A stretch of 64,000 nt of DNA from Spirochaetia bacterium (lineage in GTDB: Bacteria > Spirochaetota > Spirochaetia > SZUA-6 > Bin103). This document shows, in pieces, positions 36,181-45,035 of the stretch. Under the pieces are notes generated by a model, which saw nothing but the letters and a program-made list of their open reading frames with translations, was not told the origin of the DNA and made no database searches. Both the position numbers and the translations under genes were made by a program. Each line of letters begins with the position of its first letter. Within the stretch, counting starts at the first letter, position 1. The DNA lies in contig OZ251575.1 in the NCBI GenBank assembly GCA_965243555.1, positions 2,785,639 to 2,849,638 on the forward strand, in the 5' to 3' direction.

Positions 36181-38040
36181 GTGATTTCGGAGTTCACCGC
36201 CGCCGGCCCCGCTGCGGCCGACGGCCGCCCCTTCGACACCCGTTCCCCGTGGCGCTGGCTGGCCTCGCATCTGCGGCGCCATCCCTGGCTGCTCGGCGGC
36301 GCGGCGCTGTTCTCCGTCATCGGCTGGTCGCTGTTCGGACTGGGGCCGGTGATGGTGGGCCGGGTGGCGCAGGTGGTGATCGACGGTCAGGGCGCCGCCG
36401 CCCTGCTCGCGGCCGCGCTGCTGGTGCTGGTGGTGCTGCTGGGCGACTCCGTGTTCGCGCTTTCCAACAGCCTGTGCGCGGTCACCCTCGGCCACCGCCT
36501 GGAACGCGACGCCCGCGACGAACTCTACCGCAACCTGCTGGGCAAGAGTCAGACCTTTCACAACCGGCAGCGGGTGGGCGACCTGGTGGCCCGCGCCACC
36601 GACGACACCCGCTATCTCAATCAGATGATCCACCCCGGCCTGATGTTCACCGCCGACATGGTGCTGGGGTTTGCGGCGCCGCTGGTGTACATCAGCCTGC
36701 TCGATCCCCGGCTGCTGCTGGTGCCGGCGCTGTACGCGGCGGCGTTCGCGGTGACGGTGCGCGACTACGTACGCCGCCTCGGACCGGTGTTGATGAATCA
36801 GCGCACCCAGTACGGGCGCGTGGCGGCGGCGTCCGAAGAGGCGATCTCCGGCATCGAGGTAGTCAAGGCCGCGGTGCGTGAGACCTGGGAGCGCAAGCGG
36901 TTCCATAGCGCGGCCGGCATCTTCCGCGATCTGTTCGTGCGCCAGGGCAAGATCGAAGCGCTCTACCTGCCGATGCTGCTGTACGGGGCGGCGATCGCCC
37001 TGGCGCTGCTGCACGGCATCCTGCTGCTGCGCGCCGGCAGCATCGAGCTGAGCCAACTGATCACGCTGGTGGGGCTGATGAATCTGCTGCGCATTCCCAC
37101 CTTCATGTCGGCGTTCACCTTCTCGATGGTGCAGAACGGACTCGCGGGGGCGCGGCGGATTCTGCACGTGCTCACCGCCACCACCGAGTTGGACCAGAAC
37201 CGCGGCGGACGCCAGGCCGCGGTGCGCGGCGCCATTGCTTTTGAAGGAGTCAGCTTCGGCTACCGCGACAACCAGCGGGTGTTGATCGACGTCGACGTGC
37301 GCGTCGCCGCCGGCGAGACCGTCGCCATCGTCGGCCAGACCGGCTCCGGCAAGACTACCCTCACCCAGTTGGTGAACCGCACCTACGATCCCGGCGCCGG
37401 GCGCATCACCATCGACGGCGTCGACCTGCGGGAATGGAACCTGACCAGCCTGCGCTCGCAGGTGGCCAACATCGAGCAGGACGTGTTCCTGTTCTCCCGC
37501 ACCGTGGCCGAGAACATCGCCTTTGCCCGCCCCGGCGCCAGCCGCACGGAAATCGAAGCCGCGGCCCGCGCCGCCGCCGCCCACGACTTTATCAGCGCGT
37601 TCCGGGAGGGCTACGACACCTCCGTTGGCGAACGCGGCGTTACCCTGTCGGGCGGCCAACGCCAGCGGCTGGCCCTGGCGCGCGCCTTTCTCAAGGACCC
37701 GCGCATCCTGATCCTGGACGACTCGACCAGCGCCATCGACAGCGCCACCGAGGATGAGATCCAGCGCGCCCTGCGCAGCGTGCAGCAGGGGCGCACGACG
37801 CTGATCATCACCCACCGCCTGTCCCAGATCAGGTGGGCGGACCGCATCCTGGTGCTGGCCGGCGGGCGGCTGGAGGCCTCCGGTAGCCACGACGAGCTGC
37901 TGGCGACCTCAACCGTCTACCGGCGCATCTTCAGCCACTACGACGTCGCTCTGCCGCCGTTGCGCGCGCCCGCCCCGGCGCCGGCCGGCAACGGCGCGGC
38001 GGCGGCCGCTTTCAACACGGTCAACGGGGGGCCGCGGTAG
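36181..38040 (+). CDS. ABC exporter, fused permease/ATP-binding subunit (heterodimer partner 1)
   Basis: GTG start; six TM segments plus an NBD. Walker A 'GQTGSGKTT', signature 'LSGGQRQRLALAR', Walker B 'ILILDDSTSA'. Confidence 0.9.
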   Translation: MISEFTAAGPAAADGRPFDTRSPWRWLASHLRRHPWLLGGAALFSVIGWSLFGLGPVMVGRVAQVVIDGQGAAALLAAALLVLVVLLGDSVFALSNSLCAVTLGHRLERDARDELYRNLLGKSQTFHNRQRVGDLVARATDDTRYLNQMIHPGLMFTADMVLGFAAPLVYISLLDPRLLLVPALYAAAFAVTVRDYVRRLGPVLMNQRTQYGRVAAASEEAISGIEVVKAAVRETWERKRFHSAAGIFRDLFVRQGKIEALYLPMLLYGAAIALALLHGILLLRAGSIELSQLITLVGLMNLLRIPTFMSAFTFSMVQNGLAGARRILHVLTATTELDQNRGGRQAAVRGAIAFEGVSFGYRDNQRVLIDVDVRVAAGETVAIVGQTGSGKTTLTQLVNRTYDPGAGRITIDGVDLREWNLTSLRSQVANIEQDVFLFSRTVAENIAFARPGASRTEIEAAARAAAAHDFISAFREGYDTSVGERGVTLSGGQRQRLALARAFLKDPRILILDDSTSAIDSATEDEIQRALRSVQQGRTTLIITHRLSQIRWADRILVLAGGRLEASGSHDELLATSTVYRRIFSHYDVALPPLRAPAPAPAGNGAAAAAFNTVNGGPR

Positions 38041-39854
38041 TGGGCTTCCTGATGGACGGCATTGGCGCCGAGGAGTACGACCGCACCTACGGCGACCGCG
38101 AGCTGGTGCGGCGCATCGTGTCGTACTTCCGCGCCGAGGGACGGCGCATGCTGATCGTGTCGCTGGCGGTCGCCGCCGCCTCGGTGCTGACCACCGCGCT
38201 GCCGGTGGTGATGTCGCGCGCCATCGATCTGGTGGCTTCCGAGAACGCGGGCGGCGGCGCCGTGGCCGGCATCGTGGTCGCGGTCGCGCTGCTGAACGCC
38301 GGGAGCTGGGGGCTGAACGCGGTGCGCCGCCTGCTCGGAGCGCGCGCAATTGGCAACGTTGTGCTGCGCATGCGCAACGACGCCTTCGACGCGCTGATGC
38401 GCCACGATCTGTCGTTCTACGACCGGCACCCCACCGGCAGCATCGTGAGCCGGGTGGCCGCCGACACCCAGGCGTTCTCGGAGGTGGTGGCGCTGACCAT
38501 GGAGGTGGCGAGCCAGGTCACCATGGTGCTGCTGATCTTCGGCTACCTGTTCACCGTCGACCCGGTGCTGACGCTGATCACGCTGGCGCTGGTGCCGGTG
38601 GTGATCGGGGTGGCGCTCGGCTTTCGCCGCCTGGCGCGCGAAGTGGTCACCCAGGCGCGGCGCGCGGTGGCCGAGGTGAGCGCCCACGTGCACGAGACCG
38701 TGAGCGGCATCAACATCGCCAAGTCGTTCCGCAAGGAACAGGTCCTGTACGAGCAGTTCACCACCGTCAACCGGCAGTCGTTCCGGCTGAGCTGGCGCTC
38801 CGGCGTGGTGTTTTCCAGCATCTTTCCGGTGCTGTTCACGATCGCCGGCCTGGGCACCGCCATCCTGGCCTACGGCGGCGGGCTGCGCGCCACCGGCGGC
38901 GGCCTGACCATCGGCGGCTGGTACCTGTTCCTGCAGGGGGTGGGGCTGCTGTGGTTCCCGCTCACCTCCATCGCCTCGTTCTGGAGCCAGTTCCAACTGG
39001 GCTTGGCCGCCGGCGAACGGGTGTTCGCCCTGATCGACGCCGAACCGCAGGTAGCGCAGACCGGCCGGGAGCCGGTGGCGGCGCTTACCGGCGCCATTGA
39101 GCTGCGCAACGTGGACTTCCACTACAAGGAAGAGGAGCAGGTGTTCAGCGGCTTCTCGCTGACCGTCCATCCCGGTGAGACGCTGGCGCTGGTGGGCCAC
39201 ACCGGCTCCGGCAAGTCGAGCATCACCAAGCTGGTGGCGCGCTTCTACGAGTACCAGGGCGGGCAGATTCTGGTCGACGGGCGCGACCTGCGCAGTCTCG
39301 ACCTGGCCGCCTTCCGCGCCCGGGTCGGCTTTGTCACCCAGACGCCGTTTCTGTTCAACGGCACCGTGCTGGACAACGTCCGCTACGGCCGCAACGACGC
39401 CGGCGACGAGGAGGTGGCGGCGGCCGCGCGCCGGGTCGGGGCCGGCGACTGGATCGCCACCCTGCCGGACGGCATGGCCACCGAGGTGGCGGAACGGGGC
39501 CGCAACCTGTCATTGGGGCAGCGCCAGCTCATCGCCCTGGCGCGGGTGCTGCTGCAGGATCCGGCGGTGATCATGCTCGACGAGGCCACCGCCAGCGTCG
39601 ATCCGCTCACCGAGGCGCTGATTCAGGAGGGGCTGGACGAGCTGCTGCGCGACCGCACCGCCATCGTCATCGCCCACCGGCTGTCCACCGTCCGGCAGGC
39701 CGACCGCATCGTGGTGCTAAGCGCCGGCCGCATCATCGAGCAGGGCTCCCACGACCGCCTGCTGCAGGCCGGCGGCCACTACGCTGACCTGTACAACACC
39801 TACTTCCGCCACCAGAGCCTCGAATACGTCCAAGCCGCCGGAGCCCTCAACTGA
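38040..39854 (+). CDS. ABC exporter, fused permease/ATP-binding subunit (heterodimer partner 2)
   Basis: Start overlaps the upstream stop. Walker A 'GHTGSGKSS', signature 'LSLGQRQLIALAR', Walker B 'VIMLDEATAS'. Confidence 0.9.
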   Translation: MGFLMDGIGAEEYDRTYGDRELVRRIVSYFRAEGRRMLIVSLAVAAASVLTTALPVVMSRAIDLVASENAGGGAVAGIVVAVALLNAGSWGLNAVRRLLGARAIGNVVLRMRNDAFDALMRHDLSFYDRHPTGSIVSRVAADTQAFSEVVALTMEVASQVTMVLLIFGYLFTVDPVLTLITLALVPVVIGVALGFRRLAREVVTQARRAVAEVSAHVHETVSGINIAKSFRKEQVLYEQFTTVNRQSFRLSWRSGVVFSSIFPVLFTIAGLGTAILAYGGGLRATGGGLTIGGWYLFLQGVGLLWFPLTSIASFWSQFQLGLAAGERVFALIDAEPQVAQTGREPVAALTGAIELRNVDFHYKEEEQVFSGFSLTVHPGETLALVGHTGSGKSSITKLVARFYEYQGGQILVDGRDLRSLDLAAFRARVGFVTQTPFLFNGTVLDNVRYGRNDAGDEEVAAAARRVGAGDWIATLPDGMATEVAERGRNLSLGQRQLIALARVLLQDPAVIMLDEATASVDPLTEALIQEGLDELLRDRTAIVIAHRLSTVRQADRIVVLSAGRIIEQGSHDRLLQAGGHYADLYNTYFRHQSLEYVQAAGALN

Positions 39855-39860
39855 CGGAGT

Positions 39861-40970
39861 ATGCCGCGACCGAGGCTGAATAACATCAAGGTCAAGGGGT
39901 TCAGGTCCATCAAGGAGATGGACCTGAATCTGCGATCGATCAACGTCTGCATCGGCGCCAACGGCGCGGGCAAGAGCAACCTTATCGCGTTCTTCAAGCT
40001 GCTCAACGAAATGATCGGCGAGCGGCTCCAGCTTTATATCGGGACAACCGGGCGGGCCACCGCCAATCTTTACTTCGGACCTCGAGTAACTTCGCAACTC
40101 GAAGCGGAGCTTGAGTTTGACGCCGATCGAGGAACAAATACGTACCGTATGGTACTTGCGCACGCCGCAGACGACTCGCTTGTCTTCACCGACGAGATTC
40201 TCTCTTTTCGCGCGCCGCACCATGATCATCCTCCGCAGGCGCGGTTCGGATCCGGTCACCGGGAGACGAATGTCCGAGACCGCGCAGAAGGGGAGCCGCT
40301 TCCGAATACACTGAGGCACCTGCTGAGCCGGTGCCGTGTGTACCACTTTCACGATACGTCGCAGACCGCGCGCGTTCGGCAGTATTGCTACCGCGGCGAT
40401 AGCCGGTGGCTGTTGCCCGACGCAGGGAATCTTGCCGCGGTTCTCTACCGCCTGCAGGTCGAAAAGGAGGTAGTATATCGGAGGATCGTCAGGAACGTGA
40501 GACAGATAGCGCCGTACTTCCTCGACTTCGATCTTCAACCTTCCGGACCTAACAAGACGGATGTCACGCTCAACTGGACGCATCGTGGCACCGGTCTGGT
40601 ATTCGGAGCGCATCAGCTATCGGATGGAACGCTGCGCGCAATTTGCCTCATCGCTCTGCTACAACAGCCGAAGGAAGACTTGCCGCACGTGATGGTAGTA
40701 GACGAACCGGAGATCGGCTTGCATCCCCAGGCCCTCGACATGATCGCCTCGCTATTTCAAGCGGCAGGCGAGCACACTCAAGTCGTCATCAGCACGCAGT
40801 CCAGCAGATTCGTGGATGAATTCGAGCCCGAGGACATCGTGGTCGTCGAGCGAGAGGGCGAAGCGACGACGTTCAAGCGGCCCGACGCCGGGAAACTACG
40901 AGGGTGGTTGGAAGATTACTCGCTTGGTGAGGTATGGGAGAAGAACGTCATCGGCGGCGGGCCGTACTGA
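39861..40970 (+). CDS. AAA_21/OLD-family-like ATPase (solitary; no TOPRIM or other effector domain)
   Basis: 369 aa. Walker A 'GANGAGKSN', 'VYHFHD', D-loop/Walker B 'VMVVDEPEIGLHPQA', and an H-loop-like 'ISTQSS'. Local GC is about 55-58%. It starts 7 nt after the ABC exporter stop. Confidence 0.8.
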   Translation: MPRPRLNNIKVKGFRSIKEMDLNLRSINVCIGANGAGKSNLIAFFKLLNEMIGERLQLYIGTTGRATANLYFGPRVTSQLEAELEFDADRGTNTYRMVLAHAADDSLVFTDEILSFRAPHHDHPPQARFGSGHRETNVRDRAEGEPLPNTLRHLLSRCRVYHFHDTSQTARVRQYCYRGDSRWLLPDAGNLAAVLYRLQVEKEVVYRRIVRNVRQIAPYFLDFDLQPSGPNKTDVTLNWTHRGTGLVFGAHQLSDGTLRAICLIALLQQPKEDLPHVMVVDEPEIGLHPQALDMIASLFQAAGEHTQVVISTQSSRFVDEFEPEDIVVVEREGEATTFKRPDAGKLRGWLEDYSLGEVWEKNVIGGGPY

Positions 40971-41073
40971 TGCCGCGCCTTCACGGGCTTCTCGTGAGGC
41001 TCCCCTGCTCCGCCTGCTGTAGCCTTCGGGGTCCATGACATTGTGGATGCTCGCAGTGGATCGGAGAGCGTGC

Positions 41074-41391
41074 TCATTCACGCATCCACGCGGCAACGTC
41101 ACGCCGGCCGTGCAACACGCGCCATACATCAACGTGGTCGTCGCACTCACGGTAGAAGACCAAGTAAGGATAGCGCTTCAGGGACCAGGAACGCAGTCCT
41201 GGCATGTCCAGTTCCCACGCATACCGCGACGATCCCGAAGCCGGAAACTGCGCTATGTGCCGGTAGGCTCTTTCGAGTTCGTCAATGAAGCCGAGTGCGG
41301 TTTGCGTTTCTCCTTCACGCAGGTAGTGCACAAGCGCCTCGTCCACGTCGCGAGCTGCCCTCGCCCTGGCAACGACCGGTTTGGGGTTCAA
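41074..41391 (-). CDS. parE: Type II toxin ParE/RelE family
   Basis: 105 aa. '...YRHIAQFPASGSSRYAWELDMPGLRSWSLKRYPYLVFYRECDDHVDVWRVLHGRRD' is ParE-like. It overlaps the ParD gene by 4 bp. Confidence 0.8.
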   Translation of the reverse strand: MNPKPVVARARAARDVDEALVHYLREGETQTALGFIDELERAYRHIAQFPASGSSRYAWELDMPGLRSWSLKRYPYLVFYRECDDHVDVWRVLHGRRDVAAWMRE

Positions 41392-41630
41392 CCGCGGGAA
41401 GGCGATCGGGTACGGTTTCTCAAGTCATCGAAGTAGGCAGCATCCGCCGGGTTGGAGGCGGCGGACTCGACTCCTTCCAGCAACAGCCGGCGCAGGTGTT
41501 GCCGGTCCTGATCGCGGCGGATCAAGGCGCGGACGTATTCGCTGCCGGTTTCGTAGCCGCGGCCGGTGACCTGCTCGTCTACGAAAGACTTGAGCGAGGC
41601 CGGCAGCGAGACGTTCATCGTGGCGTTCAC
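41388..41630 (-). CDS. parD: Type II antitoxin ParD (RHH/CopG fold)
   Basis: 80 aa. 'MNVSLPASLKSFVDEQVTGRGYETGSEYVRALIRRDQDRQ' matches the ParD1 consensus. Confidence 0.8.
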   Translation of the reverse strand: MNATMNVSLPASLKSFVDEQVTGRGYETGSEYVRALIRRDQDRQHLRRLLLEGVESAASNPADAAYFDDLRNRTRSPSRG

Positions 41631-41711
41631 GACGGCAAGCGTATGACGCTACGGCGAAACTGGCAAGACGCGAGCCCCCCCGCTCGCACGCCGGTCGCTC
41701 CGAGCGGCGGG

Positions 41712-42827
41712 TCAGAGGCGGCCGGTGCGGCGCAGCAGGGTGAGGTGGTTGCGTACGTTGTCGTGCTCGAAGTAGGCGTCCTGCAGGTGGCGGCGGCCGA
41801 TGGAGCGCAGGGCCGTGCGGCCGTGCAGCACGCGGTGGGCGGCGAGCAGCAGCATCTGGCCCCCGTGCAGCCGGAAGGAAGCCTGGGCGGCGACGGCGTT
41901 CATGCGCGTGGAGAGCTCGTGGTAGGCGGCGTAGAAGTCGCCCAAGCGCGGCTCGGTTAGCGGCACCGCCTGCATCTGCTGGGTGTTGAAGCGCACCATC
42001 CGCACGCTGCCGGCGCTGTCCAGCTCCACCATCGGGTTGACCGCGTAACTCTCCGCGGTCGCGCTGGCGAGCCGGAACGGTACCGCCACCGCGCCGAGCG
42101 CCTCGAACTTGTCGGGATGGTCGCGGCGCAACCCGTCGAGCACGCCGAAGCCGTCCACGATCGAGGACTCGCCACCGTCGCACTCGTTCACCAGCATGTG
42201 CAGCACCTGCACGCTCGGCGGCCAGTGGTAGCTGGTAAAGTCGTTGTGGGGCGCAATCGCCAGGTCGGTGTGGGCGATGCTGTAGCCATTGGGGTCCACC
42301 ATGACGTTGTGGATGCGCTCAAACACCACTTCGCGCACCGGCCCCAGGCGTAGCGCGAGCTGCTCCGCGGAGTCAGGGTCCGCGGGCGCACCGGTGAGCA
42401 CGCAGGCGCCGGTCTGCAGGAACTCCTCAATCAGGTCGGCCGCGGTGCGGTCGTTGGCCAGGAACTGCCGGAAGTCGAACGTGCGCGGGTGGAAGCTGCA
42501 GTCCCAGTACCGCAGGTCGTCGCGCCGGCGGCCGAGCAGTTCGTAGATGTCGCAGCTCCGATAGCGGGTGTGATGGCCGTCCGGCCACACGATAGCCAGC
42601 GTCTCGGCGTCCCCTCCGCGCTGTTCGACGGTGACCTGCTGCGGTCGCAAGTCTTTGGACACGCGGCAGATGTGGAACCGCTTCTCGGTGGTCTGCAGAA
42701 CCCGGCAGGCGCTGCAGCCGCAATTGTCGCGCAACCACAGGTGGGGAAGGCTGGTCTCCTCCCCTCCGTCCCAGACCGCGGTCACGGCGTGCCCGCGGTC
42801 AACCAACCTGCTGATGGAGTGCTCCAT
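41712..42827 (-). CDS. Gamma-butyrobetaine-hydroxylase-like Fe(II)/2OG dioxygenase with N-terminal DUF971 (TmpA/BBOX-like)
   Basis: 371 aa. N-terminal Zn-binding DUF971 'LWLRDNCGCSACR'. TauD/TfdA-type core with the 'HTDLA' His-x-Asp facial triad ('HNDFTSY' nearby) and a distal 'HRVLHGR'. Confidence 0.85.
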   Translation of the reverse strand: MEHSISRLVDRGHAVTAVWDGGEETSLPHLWLRDNCGCSACRVLQTTEKRFHICRVSKDLRPQQVTVEQRGGDAETLAIVWPDGHHTRYRSCDIYELLGRRRDDLRYWDCSFHPRTFDFRQFLANDRTAADLIEEFLQTGACVLTGAPADPDSAEQLALRLGPVREVVFERIHNVMVDPNGYSIAHTDLAIAPHNDFTSYHWPPSVQVLHMLVNECDGGESSIVDGFGVLDGLRRDHPDKFEALGAVAVPFRLASATAESYAVNPMVELDSAGSVRMVRFNTQQMQAVPLTEPRLGDFYAAYHELSTRMNAVAAQASFRLHGGQMLLLAAHRVLHGRTALRSIGRRHLQDAYFEHDNVRNHLTLLRRTGRL

Positions 42828-42985
42828 GATCCGATCACCTCAATCCGCCGCCTTGGCGCGGCGTGAAGCAACGAAGATGCGAGAACGACTAGAACGACGG
42901 TATACGTACACTCATTTAGTCACTGCCGCGTTGCCGGTCAAGCACTTTCTCAAGATTCTCGGTTATCCGGTATTTTCGGGGAAAC

Positions 42986-43044
42986 GGCTGAAATAGCCTG
43001 GTATTTCAGCCATCTGCTGGCTTGAATTGCCTTGGATTTAAGCC
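42986..43044. promoter_or_regulatory. Two adjacent palindromic candidate operator sites in a divergent promoter region
   Basis: Seen directly: 'GGCTGAAATA-gcctgg-TATTTCAGCC' (a perfect 10-bp inverted repeat, 42986-43011) and 'GGCTTGAAT-tgccttgg-ATTTAAGCC' (43019-43044). They sit in an AT-richer 250-bp region between the divergent BBOX-like and AAA ATPase genes. Confidence 0.4.
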
Positions 43045-43077
43045 ATCAACACGGTATGGTGGAATCGGGAGGCTACG

Positions 43078-44412
43078 GTGCGGAGAATGGTAGACGAGGT
43101 TCTGGACGCCTGGGCGGACGATGACGCGCGCCGTCCGCTGTTGATCCGCGGCGCCCGCCAAGTCGGCAAGACCTACGCGGTTGCGGCACTCGCCGGGCGC
43201 AGGTTCGACGACTTCGCCGCGATCAACCTGGAGCAGGAACCGCGCTACCGGCGCTGCTTCGCCAGCCTGGAGCCCCAGGCGATCCTGGACCAGGTGGGCG
43301 TGTTGCGCGGGAAGCCGATCGAGCCGGGCCGCACCCTGCTGTTTCTCGACGAGATTCAGGAGTGCCCGGCCGCCATCATGGCGTTGCGCTACTTCTACGA
43401 GCAGGCGCCCGAGCTGCACGTAATCGGCGCCGGATCGCTGCTGGAGTTCGCCCCGGAAGCCGAGCGGCTGCGGATGCCGGTCGGCCGCATCCAACCGCTG
43501 TTCATGCATCCGCTGTCGTTCGCCGAGTTCCTGCCGGCGGTCGGCGAGGAACCGGCACTGCAGGCGACGCGCAACGTAGTGGCCGGCGTGAGCGCCGCCG
43601 TGCACGAGCACCTGCTCGGCCTGCTCCGAACCTACCTGTTGCTCGGCGGCATGCCGGCCGTGGTGGCCGAGTACCGCAGCAGCGGCAGCGTCATGCGGGC
43701 GACCCGGGTGCAGACGTCCATCACCCAGACGCTGCGCGACGACTTCGGCAAGTACGCTCGGGCTTCCCGCCACCAGCACCTGGATCGGGTCTTCCTGCAT
43801 GCCGCGCGGCTGGTTGGAAGCAAGTTCGTGTACTCGAAGGTCGACCCGGACAGCCGCGCGCGTGAGTTGCGCGCCGCGGTGGAGTTGTTGGAGCGGGCCG
43901 GACTGGTGCGCCGCGTGCGCTCCACCTCGGGAGCGGGGCTGCCGCTCGGAGCGGAGGCGGACGACCGTCACTTCAAGCTCATCATGCTCGACGTCGGTCT
44001 GATGCAGAATCTGAGCGGCGCCACCGAACAGCTCCTCGACGGCGACCCGATGCGGATCGACGACGGAGCCGTGGCCGAACAGTTCGCCGGGCAGGAGCTG
44101 CTGGCGCATCGCAGCCCGTACCGGCAACCGGAGCTGTTCTACTGGCACCGGCAGCAGCGGAACAGCAGCGCCGAGGTCGACTATCTGGTGGCGGCGAACG
44201 GCCGCGTGGTGCCGGTGGAGGTAAAGGCGGGCAAGACCGGGCGGCTGCGGAGCCTGGCCGTGTTCGCCGAGCACTACCGGCCGCCGGTGGCGGTGCGCGT
44301 CTACGGAGACCGCTTCCGCCGCGACGGCGGCATCGCGTCGCTGCCGCTCTACGGCCTGGAGCGGCTACAAATTTTCCTGAACCGTATTGACCAGGGTATC
44401 GATCCGGTGTAA
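43078..44412 (+). CDS. AAA-family ATPase with DUF4143 domain (paralog of 30173-31498)
   Basis: Walker A 'GARQVGKTY', Walker B 'LFLDEIQ', and a C-terminal DUF4143-like region. Confidence 0.85.
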   Translation: MRRMVDEVLDAWADDDARRPLLIRGARQVGKTYAVAALAGRRFDDFAAINLEQEPRYRRCFASLEPQAILDQVGVLRGKPIEPGRTLLFLDEIQECPAAIMALRYFYEQAPELHVIGAGSLLEFAPEAERLRMPVGRIQPLFMHPLSFAEFLPAVGEEPALQATRNVVAGVSAAVHEHLLGLLRTYLLLGGMPAVVAEYRSSGSVMRATRVQTSITQTLRDDFGKYARASRHQHLDRVFLHAARLVGSKFVYSKVDPDSRARELRAAVELLERAGLVRRVRSTSGAGLPLGAEADDRHFKLIMLDVGLMQNLSGATEQLLDGDPMRIDDGAVAEQFAGQELLAHRSPYRQPELFYWHRQQRNSSAEVDYLVAANGRVVPVEVKAGKTGRLRSLAVFAEHYRPPVAVRVYGDRFRRDGGIASLPLYGLERLQIFLNRIDQGIDPV

Positions 44413-44417
44413 ATGGC

Positions 44418-45035
44418 ATGGCTACGGGGAGGAACGGCATGCCGAACACCGCAACGCAGAGTGCCCCCACGGTGAGCTTTACCACCATGGCGGAGGGCAC
44501 CCGCGAGGACTACGAACTGCTGGCGCGGTTCGAAGATGATTTCGCCGCCGGGCTGGCGGACCGGGTGCTGGCGCAGTTGCGCGCGCTGGCCGGGTCGCTG
44601 GCCGGCTACCAAGTGGACCGGCTGGAACACTCGCTGCAGACCGCCAGCCGCGCCTACCGCGACGGCGCCGACGAGGAACTGGTGGTGGCGGCGCTGCTGC
44701 ACGACCTAGACGACCTGCTGGCTCCGCACTGCCACGGCGAGTTGTCGGCGCTGGTGCTGCGCCCCTACGTGACCGAGCGCACCTGGTGGATCGTCCGTCA
44801 CCACGGCCTGTTCCAACTCTACTACTACGCTCACCACTCGGGCCGCGACCGCAACGCGCGCGACAAGTACCGCAGTCACCCCTGGTATCAGGCCGCGGTG
44901 GACTTCTGCCACCGCTGGGATCAGTGTTCATTCGACCCTGATTACGAATCGTTGCCGCTGGAGTTCTTCGAGCCGATGGTGCGCCGGCTGTTCGCGCGCA
45001 AGCCGTTCAGCCTGGCGCCGAGGAGGGAGTCATGA
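44418..45035 (+). CDS. HD-domain metal-dependent phosphohydrolase/oxygenase (PhnZ/TmpB-like)
   Basis: 205 aa. His/Asp ligand pattern 'EHSLQ', 'LLHDLDD', 'RHHGLF', 'YYAHH', 'FCHRWDQ'. Size and spacing resemble PhnZ-type HD mixed-valent diiron oxygenases. The stop overlaps the GcvT-like start. Confidence 0.7.
   Translation: MATGRNGMPNTATQSAPTVSFTTMAEGTREDYELLARFEDDFAAGLADRVLAQLRALAGSLAGYQVDRLEHSLQTASRAYRDGADEELVVAALLHDLDDLLAPHCHGELSALVLRPYVTERTWWIVRHHGLFQLYYYAHHSGRDRNARDKYRSHPWYQAAVDFCHRWDQCSFDPDYESLPLEFFEPMVRRLFARKPFSLAPRRES

Noticed and set aside
34464-36881. 805-aa ORF as one protein
   Set aside because: Only the 34875-36100 portion has MFS transmembrane character. The 5' part is antisense to the CoA-binding gene, and the 3' part overlaps the ABC exporter gene in another frame. 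These are GC-rich open-frame artefacts.
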